DNA from: an uncultured Chitinophagales bacterium
Lineage (GTDB): Bacteria > Bacteroidota > Rhodothermia > Balneolales > Natronogracilivirgulaceae
Assembly (NCBI GenBank): GCA_964388615.1
Contig: CAYMBG010000003.1
Span: 1-52,987 of the forward strand
Length of the DNA stretch: 52,987 nucleotides
Reading direction: 5' to 3'
The position numbers and the translations under genes are program-made. The first letter of the stretch is position 1. The number at the start of each line of letters is the position of its first letter. The notes below the pieces were generated by a model. It made no database searches, was not told the DNA's origin, and saw only the letters and a list, made by a program, of their open reading frames with translations. Shown here one piece after another: positions 1 through 9,661 of this stretch.

Positions 1-341
<341 letters not shown>

Positions 342-360
342 TCAGTTGTGATAGAAAAGT

Positions 361-392
361 TTGCACTTGCCACTGTAAAGCAGCAAGTGCAA
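361..392 (-). terminator. Intergenic stem-loop between porin and betaine-binding protein (weak terminator or mRNA stabiliser)
   Basis: Perfect 10-bp inverted repeat TTGCACTTGC/GCAAGTGCAA, followed on the minus strand by ACTTTT. Confidence 0.55.
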
Positions 393-406
393 GTGATACG
401 AACATT

Positions 407-1741
407 TTAGAAGTAATAGCCGATATTGATATTGAAACGAACGTTCCAGTCAAGGTCTTCTACCGGAATCGGAACTCCGTTAGCATCGAGATGCCCTGCA
501 CCCATTCCGGTGCCGAAAGAGTCGGTCAACCAGGGCTGGTTCTTGCCCATCGCAAGATCTACATATGTAAAGACACTTCCAGCGCTGATCAGGAAGCCGG
601 GAACCAGCATATGGGTATCTTCAAAATCATATGATTGTCCGGCAACTTGGAGAGAGCCGTCCTTGGTCATGTAAGAATAGTCGATATAAGGCTGAATGCT
701 GGTAATTGGCCCCCAGTCAACGGCGTGTGTATACGCGACACCAGCGGTCACTATATTACCGGCACTGGCTACGCCATCTCCGTAGTAAGGGTCACCATAA
801 GCACCCATTTGAACTCGGTCCAGTGAGTTTCCGGCGTCATCCTTTGCATCATAATCATAGTTGATGAACTGAAGGATGATATTGAAGTTGTCAACATTGA
901 TATCTGCATGTGCAGCAACAGCATGTCCATATTCCGTTTCATCAAGAACGGAATTGTAGATGCCTTTCAACTTACCGGATACACCTATTTCAGAAGCACC
1001 CAACTGATAGGCGGCACGAACATTGAATTGGTTCCAATCCTGTATACTTGATGTCACGCCCGTGGAAGAAAGTGCGCCGGCATCATCCGGAATAACATTA
1101 TAGGAATAAGTACCGGCACCGGGTCCGCCGAAGGAGGCAGAACCGTAAGCGGGGCCGGCAGGTTCCTGCTGACGGAAATATGCGGCCATGATGTTAAACT
1201 CATCGGATACATCATAGCTGAATTTAACACCCATGTTGAAGTCATCCTCGAGTCCCATGTAATACGGCAGGTTGAACCACCAGCTGTGGGAGTTATACAT
1301 CAGATTACCAAAAGGAACCTGGGTAACACCAAGCTGCATATGAAGGTCATCGCTGAAATCGTACCCCAACCACCCCTGTTTGATAAAATGGGTATTGAAG
1401 GTTGGATAAAAGCGATACTCAAAATTGAGCGAAATATCACCGCTCTGTCCGCTTACATTTAATCGCCAGGTATCCATGGTAGCATACGTGCTTGCAGCAG
1501 TGGCATCACTTTCATAATGTTGGCTGGCGATATTATACCTCAATGCACCACCAATAGTAAAGCCGTCCTCATCATCTGCTGAGGAGGAGCTTATGTTGGT
1601 GTTTGAATAGGCCGTACTTGGCGCAAGCATGTTACTGGTTAGGCTGAGTCCGGAATTAGCATCCGGAGAAACCGCCTGAGCACCAAAAACCGGTGCAAAC
1701 AGAACAGATGCAACAAGGAAAAGTTTCGTAAAAAACTTCAT
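407..1741 (-). CDS. Outer-membrane beta-barrel protein (putative porin)
   Basis: 444 aa; Sec signal peptide (AQA), alternating amphipathic beta-strands, aromatic-rich, C-terminal beta-signal FNINIGYYF. Confidence 0.8.
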   Translation of the reverse strand: MKFFTKLFLVASVLFAPVFGAQAVSPDANSGLSLTSNMLAPSTAYSNTNISSSSADDEDGFTIGGALRYNIASQHYESDATAASTYATMDTWRLNVSGQSGDISLNFEYRFYPTFNTHFIKQGWLGYDFSDDLHMQLGVTQVPFGNLMYNSHSWWFNLPYYMGLEDDFNMGVKFSYDVSDEFNIMAAYFRQQEPAGPAYGSASFGGPGAGTYSYNVIPDDAGALSSTGVTSSIQDWNQFNVRAAYQLGASEIGVSGKLKGIYNSVLDETEYGHAVAAHADINVDNFNIILQFINYDYDAKDDAGNSLDRVQMGAYGDPYYGDGVASAGNIVTAGVAYTHAVDWGPITSIQPYIDYSYMTKDGSLQVAGQSYDFEDTHMLVPGFLISAGSVFTYVDLAMGKNQPWLTDSFGTGMGAGHLDANGVPIPVEDLDWNVRFNINIGYYF

Positions 1742-1813
1742 AGATTGTTCTCTTTTAAGTTAAAATTTAAGCCTGAATGTCCTATTTCTACGGAAGACAC
1801 CGGCAAGACCGAG

Positions 1814-1845
1814 CAAATATATAGAAACATAGATATAAAGACAAA
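1814..1845 (-). promoter_or_regulatory. Bacteroidota-type housekeeping promoter (-33 TTTG / -7 TAnnTTTG) for the porin gene
   Basis: Minus strand reads TTTG (1845-1842), a 20-nt spacer, then TATATTTG (1821-1814); ~70 nt upstream of the ATG. Confidence 0.6.
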
Positions 1846-2244
1846 TTATTTACCCTATCTTTTGTCCACTCCCATTTAACATAAGAAAAGATTATTTCAT
1901 TCAAAAACACCTCGAACATGGTATAAATTTGTCCTCAGCTCAACTCTTATATCTAATTTACAGATAAAGGTATTTTACCTAAAAACAATCATAAAATAAA
2001 CCAATATCACCGGATCTTAGTTATTAGGGCACAAATAATAATTTATAAAATTTCAACTTGCATAACTATTGCGTACAAAAACAAAGGAACATTAAGTCAG
2101 AAACAGGTCAGACTCTTCATTGGTTTACAACATTTAGAAAAAAATAATGTTTGAATATGATAACATTCGTACGCAACCAATGATCCAAGCTTGATTTTTT
2201 ACAAAAAAAATTGCAAAACAACCGGGACATATACTGACTCGGAA

Positions 2245-2637
2245 TCAGTATATAATATGCTTCTGTATTTCAGACTGGGAAACCGAACCAAGAACACATT
2301 TTCCGTTCTTACGAAATAACAAACGAACATTAATGGCTTGTTTGTCCATCTCCAATTGATCGGTTTTTAATGACTTTTCCAAAAAGTCAAACAGTTGTTT
2401 GTTAAAATCGCCCTCATGATTCAAATAGTAGTAAGACCAGACTCCCTTTTTATTGACCTTGATCAAGCCTGATTCTTTGAGTTGGCGCACATGCCGGGAT
2501 ACCTGGTATTGAGGCAACACCAACGCATCCACCAGTTCACAAACAGTAAGAGCCTGACGCAAAGTCACGAAAAGCGCCATAATCCTCAAGCGGTTTTCAT
2601 CACTGATGGTCCTGAATATTGTGGCGTAGTAATCCAT
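2245..2637 (-). CDS. ArsR/SmtB family transcriptional repressor
   Basis: FRTISDENRLRI...LTVCELVDAL...QYQVSRHVRQLKESGLI...GVWSYYYL winged HTH. Confidence 0.9.
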   Translation of the reverse strand: MDYYATIFRTISDENRLRIMALFVTLRQALTVCELVDALVLPQYQVSRHVRQLKESGLIKVNKKGVWSYYYLNHEGDFNKQLFDFLEKSLKTDQLEMDKQAINVRLLFRKNGKCVLGSVSQSEIQKHIIY

Positions 2638-2668
2638 TCAGATAAAAAATTTTATAAGAGCTTCCAAG

Positions 2669-2695
2669 AAAAAAACCCGTCTCGGGAAAACGAGT
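2669..2695 (-). terminator. Intrinsic terminator of ppdK
   Basis: Minus strand ACUCGUUUU-CCC-GAGACGGGU stem (with G-U pairs) followed by a U-tract. Confidence 0.6.
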
Positions 2696-2709
2696 TGGTC
2701 GCCCTGGGA

Positions 2710-2756
2710 CAGATTAGCAACCGGGCAGCGAAACGTAGCTGCCCGGAACCAATCTG
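2710..2756 (-). other. Strong 3'-UTR stem-loop after ppdK
   Basis: CCGGGCAGC/GCTGCCCGG 9-bp perfect stem (2721-2746), extended by CAGATT/AATCTG; no U-tract. Confidence 0.55.
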
Positions 2757-2772
2757 AATGACTCATTACGCG

Positions 2773-5418
2773 TTATTTTTGGGCGCGCAGAACCACTTGT
2801 GCTGCAGCCAATCTTGCAACCGGAATACGGAAAGGTGAGCAGGAGACATAACTCAACCCCTGTTCATAACAAAAAGCAATTGAATCCGGATCACCGCCAT
2901 GTTCTCCACAGATACCAAGTTTAATATCCGGTTTGGATGTGCGGGCCAGATCAACAGCTCCCGATACCAATTTTCCGACACCTTTTTGATCCAGTGTCTG
3001 GAAAGGATCGTGTTTCAAAATCTTCCTTTCCAGGTACTCCGGCAGGAATTTCCCGATATCATCGCGACTAAAACCAAAAGTCATCTGGGTCAGGTCATTC
3101 GTGCCAAAAGAAAAGAAGTCTGCCTGCGGCGCGATCTCATCCGCCACCAGAGCAGCTCTGGGAACCTCGATCATAGTGCCAATAAGGTATTCCACTCTTT
3201 TCCCTTTCTCTTCAAATACTTTTTCAGCAGTAGTTTTGATCACGGCTTTCTGGTCAGCCAACTCTTCTCCGGAACCGACCAGAGGCACCATAATTTCAGG
3301 GAAGACCTTGATACCGTCCTCTTGAGCTTCTATGGCTGATTCAAGTATTGCCCTTGTCTGCATCTCAGTAATTTCAGGAAATGTAATCCCAAGTCGACAA
3401 CCGCGGTGTCCCAACATCGGATTAGCCTCCTGAAGCACGGCAACTTTCTCTTTGACTCTTCGATACGGCATGTTGAACTGTTCCGCGAGTTTTTTCATAT
3501 CCTCTTCACCATGCGGCAGAAACTCATGCAATGGCGGATCCAACAAACGAATCGTTACCGGATCGCCATCCAATGCCTTATAAATACCCTTGAAGTCCTC
3601 CTTTTGATAAGGCAAAAGTTTCAAAAGAGCAGCACGCCGTTCCTCCTCATTATCACTCATAATCATACGGCGCACATCCACTATGCGGTCACCCTCAAAA
3701 AACATGTGCTCAGTCCGGCAAAGTCCGATGCCCTGCGCACCAAACTCTTTGGCTTTCAGTGCATCCTCCGGACGATCGGCATTGGTACGGATCTTCATGT
3801 CACGATAAGTATCAACCCAGCTCATGAATTTCTTAAAATCCGCACTCAGTTTCGGTGGTGTCAGGGGAAGCTGTCCCAATGCAACCTCACCCGTAGTGCC
3901 ATTAATAGAGACCCAATCCCCCTGGTGAACGGTATTATTGCCATCGGTTAACGTTTTATGCTTGTAATTGATAATAATATCGTCACATCCAACCACACAG
4001 GGCTTTCCCCATCCCCGTGCAACAACGGCAGCATGACTGGTCATTCCTCCACGGGAAGTAAGGATCCCTTCGGAAGCGTTCATTCCACCCACATCATCGG
4101 GACTGGTTTCTATTCTTGCCAAAATGACTTTTTCACCGGCCGCATGGGCGTCTTCAGCCTCCTGGGATGTAAAATAGATACGCCCTACAGCAGCACCGGG
4201 TGAAGCCGGTAGACCAACCCCCACTACGGTTTTTTCCTTTACCGCCTTATCATCAAACTGAGGATGGAGAAGCTGATCAAGCTGAGCGGTAGTCACCAGT
4301 TTACTAACAGCCACATCCTTTGAAACCACGCCATCCTTAACGAAATCCACCGCAATCTTCAAAGCTGCGGGACCGGTTCTTTTTCCACTGCGTGTTTGGA
4401 GGATGAATAGCTGTTCTTCTTGAATAGTGAATTCAATATCCTGCATATCCTGATAGTGTTCTTCCAGCTTACGGGTCATGACATCCAGCTCTTCATACAC
4501 TTTGGGCATAACTTTCTTAAGATTGCTAATAGGCTCAGGTGTACGGGTTCCCGCAACAACGTCCTCGCCCTGGGCATTTCTTAGAAACTCACCGTAAAGT
4601 TTATTCTCTCCGGTATTGGGATTTCTGGTAAATAAAACTCCGGAACCACTGGTTTCACCCATGTTGCCAAAGACCATGGCCTGCACATTCACAGCCGTTC
4701 CGATCAGACCTGTTATTTTATTGATCTTACGGTACTTGTTTGCTCTGTCACTATTCCAGGAACCGAAAACCGCATTGATAGAGAACTGAAGTTGTTCCAT
4801 CGGGTCTGTCGGGAACATAAAACCGGTTTCACGCCGGTAGATCGCCTTAAACCGATCCACCAGGTCCTTAAGGTCATCAACGGTTAATTCACTATCGGTT
4901 TTCACCCCCTGCTGCTTCTTCATCTTTGCCATGGCATCTTCAAAATGATCATGAGAAACCCCCATGACTACATCGGCAAACATATCGATAAAACGGCGAT
5001 AGCTGTCATAAGCGAACCACTCATTACCGGTTTTCTGCGCAAGTCCTTCCACGACTTTATCATTGATACCCAGATTCAAAACGGTATCCATCATGCCGGG
5101 CATGGATACAGCTGCACCGGATCGTACGGACAACAGAAGTGGATTATCCGGATCTCCGAGTTTAGCCCCAAGTTCCTTTTCCTGCTGGGCAATACCCTCT
5201 TCAAGTTGCTTTTGCAATCCATCGGGCCACTGCTCATCGTTCTTGTAGTAGTGGTTACACGCCTCGGTACTGATGGTTAAACCCGGAGGCACCGGAAGGC
5301 CGGTTTTACTCATTTCAGCCAGATTCGCACCTTTACCACCTAACAGGTCGCGATAGCTCCGGTCGCCTTCGGCTTTACCACCTCCAAAGTTGTAGACATA
5401 TTTTATCTGCTTTGTCAT
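2773..5418 (-). CDS. ppdK: Pyruvate, phosphate dikinase
   Basis: 881 aa; LLGGKGANLAEM, SVRSGA..SMPGMMDT, phospho-His motif GGMTSHAAVVARG, GICGEHGGDP. Confidence 0.98.
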   Translation of the reverse strand: MTKQIKYVYNFGGGKAEGDRSYRDLLGGKGANLAEMSKTGLPVPPGLTISTEACNHYYKNDEQWPDGLQKQLEEGIAQQEKELGAKLGDPDNPLLLSVRSGAAVSMPGMMDTVLNLGINDKVVEGLAQKTGNEWFAYDSYRRFIDMFADVVMGVSHDHFEDAMAKMKKQQGVKTDSELTVDDLKDLVDRFKAIYRRETGFMFPTDPMEQLQFSINAVFGSWNSDRANKYRKINKITGLIGTAVNVQAMVFGNMGETSGSGVLFTRNPNTGENKLYGEFLRNAQGEDVVAGTRTPEPISNLKKVMPKVYEELDVMTRKLEEHYQDMQDIEFTIQEEQLFILQTRSGKRTGPAALKIAVDFVKDGVVSKDVAVSKLVTTAQLDQLLHPQFDDKAVKEKTVVGVGLPASPGAAVGRIYFTSQEAEDAHAAGEKVILARIETSPDDVGGMNASEGILTSRGGMTSHAAVVARGWGKPCVVGCDDIIINYKHKTLTDGNNTVHQGDWVSINGTTGEVALGQLPLTPPKLSADFKKFMSWVDTYRDMKIRTNADRPEDALKAKEFGAQGIGLCRTEHMFFEGDRIVDVRRMIMSDNEEERRAALLKLLPYQKEDFKGIYKALDGDPVTIRLLDPPLHEFLPHGEEDMKKLAEQFNMPYRRVKEKVAVLQEANPMLGHRGCRLGITFPEITEMQTRAILESAIEAQEDGIKVFPEIMVPLVGSGEELADQKAVIKTTAEKVFEEKGKRVEYLIGTMIEVPRAALVADEIAPQADFFSFGTNDLTQMTFGFSRDDIGKFLPEYLERKILKHDPFQTLDQKGVGKLVSGAVDLARTSKPDIKLGICGEHGGDPDSIAFCYEQGLSYVSCSPFRIPVARLAAAQVVLRAQK

Positions 5419-5682
5419 AACTGTTTTAATATAATTTCAATGTATGGTTTACAATTTCAATAATTGACATCATCAGATCATCTTTCTCCCGTATCTCAAA
5501 AAAGCGCTACCAACAAAACTTCAATTGACCGCGGTTAGCTTGCTTCATCCAAAGGATATAATGATAGATCCGGACTCGGACCAACTAAAGCCCCGATATA
5601 TCACGAACATCTATCAGAATCCGAAACGAGATTGAAAGTGACGTGACGCCATAAGGTACAATCTGTTTAATTAATTATCAAA

Positions 5683-5697
5683 GCAAACATGCCGCCA
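5683..5697 (-). promoter_or_regulatory. Candidate sigma54 -24/-12 promoter for ppdK
   Basis: Minus strand TGGCGGCATGTTTGC has exact GG-N10-GC spacing but lacks the usual AC after TGGC; 265 nt upstream of the ATG. Confidence 0.3.
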
Positions 5698-5990
5698 CAT
5701 GTATACATGCACCTATACGCATATCGCAAATTCCAAAACACACCTCAGGGAATTCACATTTATTTCAAATACAAAGCATATCCTATGCAGCATACAGAGA
5801 TTGTTGCCCTGACAGATGTTACTGATATCTTCTCAAGAAATGATTATTATCCATAAAGCAAGGGTAAAACAACGACTTAAAAAGATAACAGACAATGTGT
5901 TGATCTGTTGTGGTTCATGCACCTTCAGTGAGCACTCCGACCATACTGAAATGCTTCATTTGACTTATTAATTCAAACAAAAAAAATCTA

Positions 5991-7622
5991 ATGAAATCGG
6001 GATTTCTGGGACTTACCCTACCTCAAATCATTGGTCTGATACTTGGTGTATTCGGACTTTTCCTACCTTTTTTACTTCCTTTAGGAACACTTTCAATCGC
6101 CGGGCAGATTGGATTGGGAATTTTCTTCATGGCAGCCATTTTCTGGATGTTCGAACCTATACCCATTTATGCCACCTCCATGCTGGTTATTTTCCTGCAA
6201 ATTTTGTTCCTCAGCGCCCAGGGACCTGTATTTATGGAAACCGAGCTGCCCGTTAGCGAGCCGGTCGAACTTGAAGAACAACAATGGCAAATCCCGGCCG
6301 GTGCCCTTAAAGAAGATCAAACAGTACTTATCTCAGTCGGCCCGGGCGAAACCGAATCTGTCCCGGTAGAAGTAGTGGACAGGAACGGGCAACATGTTAT
6401 TGTCCAAAGTCGTGAGCTGAGTGCTGACCAAGCTGTTGTTTCCGACCCCGGACATCGTCTGGTTAATTACGAACCAAACAGCTACACCGACTATATTGGC
6501 ACACTCGCCAACCCCATTATCATCCTGTTCCTCGGTGGTTTCATGCTTGCTGGAGCATCCGTGAAATACAATCTGGATAAAAACCTGACCCGCTATCTGC
6601 TTGGCCCGTTCGGAACCAAACCCCAATTCATCGTTCTCGGATTAATGTTGGTAACCGCTATTCTATCAGCATTTATGAGCAACACGGCAACTGCCGCGAT
6701 GATGGTTACCGTAATATTACCCATCATCGGTCAGCTTGAACCGGAAGATCGTTTTAAATTTGGATTAGCACTTGCCATCCCCATATCCGCAAATGTTGGA
6801 GGGATCACCACACCGATCGGTACCCCTCCAAACGCTATTGTAATTGCAGCACTCAGTGATTACGGTATCGATATTTCTTTCACTGACTGGATCATCATCG
6901 CTGCTCCACTTGTGATTGTCATGCTGGTGTTTGCCTGGTGGTTACTTCTTGCTTTATTTCCGCCCAGTGCGGATAGAATAAAGTTGGACCTGAAGGGCAA
7001 ACTCAACCTGTCGCCCAAAGCAATCGGCCTGTACCTCATTTTCGGCGCCACCGTATTGCTCTGGATCACCGAAAACCAGCACGGCATCCCCAGCAGCATG
7101 GTAGCCTTTCTCCCGGTTGCTGCCCTGGTAACCGGCCGTATACTCAATAAAAACGACATCAGGGAGTTACCGTGGGAGGTACTCTGGCTCATGGCAGGTG
7201 GTATCTCATTGGGAATCGGCATGGACCAAACCGGGCTTGCCGTCTGGATGATATCCGGCTTTGATTGGGGAGCAATGGGTTATATCACATTGACACTGAC
7301 CTTTGCAATCGTTGCCATTGCCATGTCCAACTTCCTTTCCAACACGGTTACGGCCACCTTGCTGATGCCTCTGGTCATCAGTTTGCAGACATCCGGAGTA
7401 ATGGGCGAAGAATTTAATCTGCTAATAACCGGTGTGGTTGTCGCAGTAGCATGCAGCCTGGCCATGGCTCTTCCAATCTCCACACCTCCAAACGCCATCG
7501 CCATGTCCACCGGAATTATCCGAACCAAAGATATGGCAAAAATGGGTGTAGTTATCGGCACGGTAGGTGTTCTGATCATCCTTGCTTATGCCGTATTCTA
7601 CTGGCCACTCGTCACCAACTAA
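5991..7622 (+). CDS. SLC13/DASS family sodium:anion (dicarboxylate/sulfate/phosphate) symporter with an inserted soluble domain
   Basis: 543 aa, many TM helices; two SNT motifs (FMSNTAT, FLSNTVT), TPIGTPPNAI and PISTPPNAIA repeats. Confidence 0.93.
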   Translation: MKSGFLGLTLPQIIGLILGVFGLFLPFLLPLGTLSIAGQIGLGIFFMAAIFWMFEPIPIYATSMLVIFLQILFLSAQGPVFMETELPVSEPVELEEQQWQIPAGALKEDQTVLISVGPGETESVPVEVVDRNGQHVIVQSRELSADQAVVSDPGHRLVNYEPNSYTDYIGTLANPIIILFLGGFMLAGASVKYNLDKNLTRYLLGPFGTKPQFIVLGLMLVTAILSAFMSNTATAAMMVTVILPIIGQLEPEDRFKFGLALAIPISANVGGITTPIGTPPNAIVIAALSDYGIDISFTDWIIIAAPLVIVMLVFAWWLLLALFPPSADRIKLDLKGKLNLSPKAIGLYLIFGATVLLWITENQHGIPSSMVAFLPVAALVTGRILNKNDIRELPWEVLWLMAGGISLGIGMDQTGLAVWMISGFDWGAMGYITLTLTFAIVAIAMSNFLSNTVTATLLMPLVISLQTSGVMGEEFNLLITGVVVAVACSLAMALPISTPPNAIAMSTGIIRTKDMAKMGVVIGTVGVLIILAYAVFYWPLVTN

Positions 7623-7640
7623 CCTTAATCCCAGCTCACT

Positions 7641-8144
7641 ATGGAAACATCTGACATCTATATCCTTTGTATCGAAGACGAACAGGAAGTACTGGACGCT
7701 GTAGTAAGGGATATTGAAAGACTTGAGACTCAGTTCCCGATTGAAACAGCTACCACAGCTGAAGAGGCCAGAGAAGTCATTCAAAAATTAATGAATGAGG
7801 AGAAGAAAATCGGGCTCATACTTTGTGACCATATTTTACCCGGTGACAATGGGGTTGAACTTCTCGTGGAACTGCACAAGGACGAGCAGCTATACCACTC
7901 ACGCAAAGTGCTGCTCACCGGCCAGGCTGGTCTTGAAGATACCGTCAAAGCTTTGAATCAAGCCAGATTACATCACTATATCTCAAAGCCCTGGAACAAA
8001 GAAGATCTCTTAAAAGTATCAATTGATTTGCTTACGGATTATGTCATAGAAAATGAAGAGAACATATTGCCGTTTATGATTACACTGGATGCTGAAAAGC
8101 TATCTGAATCCATCCGAAACCGGAGAAGTGTGAGCGACGAATAA
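7641..8144 (+). CDS. Stand-alone response regulator receiver protein with short C-terminal helical extension
   Basis: ILCIEDE acidic pocket, phospho-acceptor Asp in LCDHILP, LLTGQ, ISKPW; no DNA-binding domain. Confidence 0.92.
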   Translation: METSDIYILCIEDEQEVLDAVVRDIERLETQFPIETATTAEEAREVIQKLMNEEKKIGLILCDHILPGDNGVELLVELHKDEQLYHSRKVLLTGQAGLEDTVKALNQARLHHYISKPWNKEDLLKVSIDLLTDYVIENEENILPFMITLDAEKLSESIRNRRSVSDE

Positions 8145-8203
8145 AACACAGCACCGGCAATTCAGGCTATCACTATGGGCATTTTACCACCGGAGTTATC
8201 TTT

Positions 8204-9661
8204 ATGATCCTGAATTTTGCAAAAAACTGGTTGCAGGATCCTACGCGAATTACCAACCAAATCGCGCGTTTTCTCCAACAATCGGAAGAGTTTCATGCCG
8301 AAACCATCGAATACGACAAAGATGGTATTTTTTTCAAGGAAGGGGATCTTAATGACTCGGTTTACATCCTCCTTGAAGGTACGGTACAACTTTCGAAAAC
8401 AACAGAAAGCGGCCGATCCATTGCCATAGACTGGCTGAGGCCAGGGGCATTGGTCGGCCTGATCTCCTTTGTTACCGGAGAATCGGTGCTCACAACAGCT
8501 GTTGCTGTTAGTCCTTGCAAAGCCATCAAGCTGGACGAAACAGATTTTCTCAAGTTACAGCAATCCAACAGCGAAATAGCCCTTCTTGGTCAGCAGTTAA
8601 TCATCGGCAATTTAATTGACCGGTACCACCACGTTGTGTCCGTCCATGTGGAACTTGAAAGTATTAACGACACTTTGCAGAAAGAGCGCAATCACCTGCA
8701 AGAAGCCCTGAAACAACTGGAAGAGACACAACATCGATTGGTTAGTCAGGAAAAAATGGCAACCCTGGGTCAACTTGTGGCAGGAATCGCACACGAAATC
8801 AACAATCCTGCCGCGGCCATGCTCCGAGCCTCCGACAACCTGCTGGAATACCTCCCGCAAATCATTGACGAGGCCGATCCGGAAAAACTATATTCCTACG
8901 AGAAATTCTTCCGAACCGGGCTCAAGCGTAAACTCAGAAATTCGGATCAACAGCGTGAAAAACTTCAGGAGTGGGAAAAAGCCTATCCGGATTTACCCAG
9001 AAGCCTGCTGCGCAAAGTTACATCCATGAATGATGAAGCGCTTGATTTTGTAAAGCAACAATTAGGCAGAAAACCCGGAAAAGAACAGCGCAAACAACTT
9101 GAGAATGTCATTCTTTTTTATGAAAGCGGGTATTTTCTAAGAAATCTTCAGACCAGCACCAAACGGATAGGTGAGATAGTCTCGAGTCTTAAAAATTACA
9201 GCCGGCAGGATAAAGGACAATACGAAAAAACCGACTTGCGCGATGGCCTCAACGACACGCTCCTTCTGTTATCCAACCGCTTGAAAAAGATAGATGTCAT
9301 TCTGAATTTTTCCGATATACCGCAGATTAATGTCATTTCGGGTGAAATCAATCAGGTATGGACCAATTTGATCATCAATGCCTGTGACGCCATGCAGGAT
9401 CGGGGAGAATTGGTTATTTCATGCGACCATGACGAAAAGTATGTATGGGTCTCCATAAGAGACAGTGGCCCGGGAATCAAACCTTCTGTGGTTAAAGAAA
9501 TATTCAAACCCACTTTTACTACCAAACAGAAAAACAGCAGTTTTGGACTGGGACTCGGACTATCCATTTCCCAACAAATTGTTCAAAAGCACGGGGGGCA
9601 CATCAAAGCGCATAATGCCGATGAGGGCGGGGCCGAGTTCACCGTTTATCTTCCACTATAA
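8204..9661 (+). CDS. Soluble sensor histidine kinase with N-terminal cyclic-nucleotide-binding-type (CAP_ED) domain
   Basis: FKEGD..SVYILLEG.V (cNMP fold), coiled coil, H-box AGIAHEINNP, N-box QVWTNLIINA, DSGPGI, GLGLGLSI; no TM helix. Confidence 0.93.
   Translation: MILNFAKNWLQDPTRITNQIARFLQQSEEFHAETIEYDKDGIFFKEGDLNDSVYILLEGTVQLSKTTESGRSIAIDWLRPGALVGLISFVTGESVLTTAVAVSPCKAIKLDETDFLKLQQSNSEIALLGQQLIIGNLIDRYHHVVSVHVELESINDTLQKERNHLQEALKQLEETQHRLVSQEKMATLGQLVAGIAHEINNPAAAMLRASDNLLEYLPQIIDEADPEKLYSYEKFFRTGLKRKLRNSDQQREKLQEWEKAYPDLPRSLLRKVTSMNDEALDFVKQQLGRKPGKEQRKQLENVILFYESGYFLRNLQTSTKRIGEIVSSLKNYSRQDKGQYEKTDLRDGLNDTLLLLSNRLKKIDVILNFSDIPQINVISGEINQVWTNLIINACDAMQDRGELVISCDHDEKYVWVSIRDSGPGIKPSVVKEIFKPTFTTKQKNSSFGLGLGLSISQQIVQKHGGHIKAHNADEGGAEFTVYLPL

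Noticed and set aside
1846-2244. AT-rich 400-bp intergenic region as possible osmotic riboswitch or small RNA
   Set aside because: No convincing stems or c-di-AMP riboswitch motifs seen, and it lies upstream of the predicted promoter.
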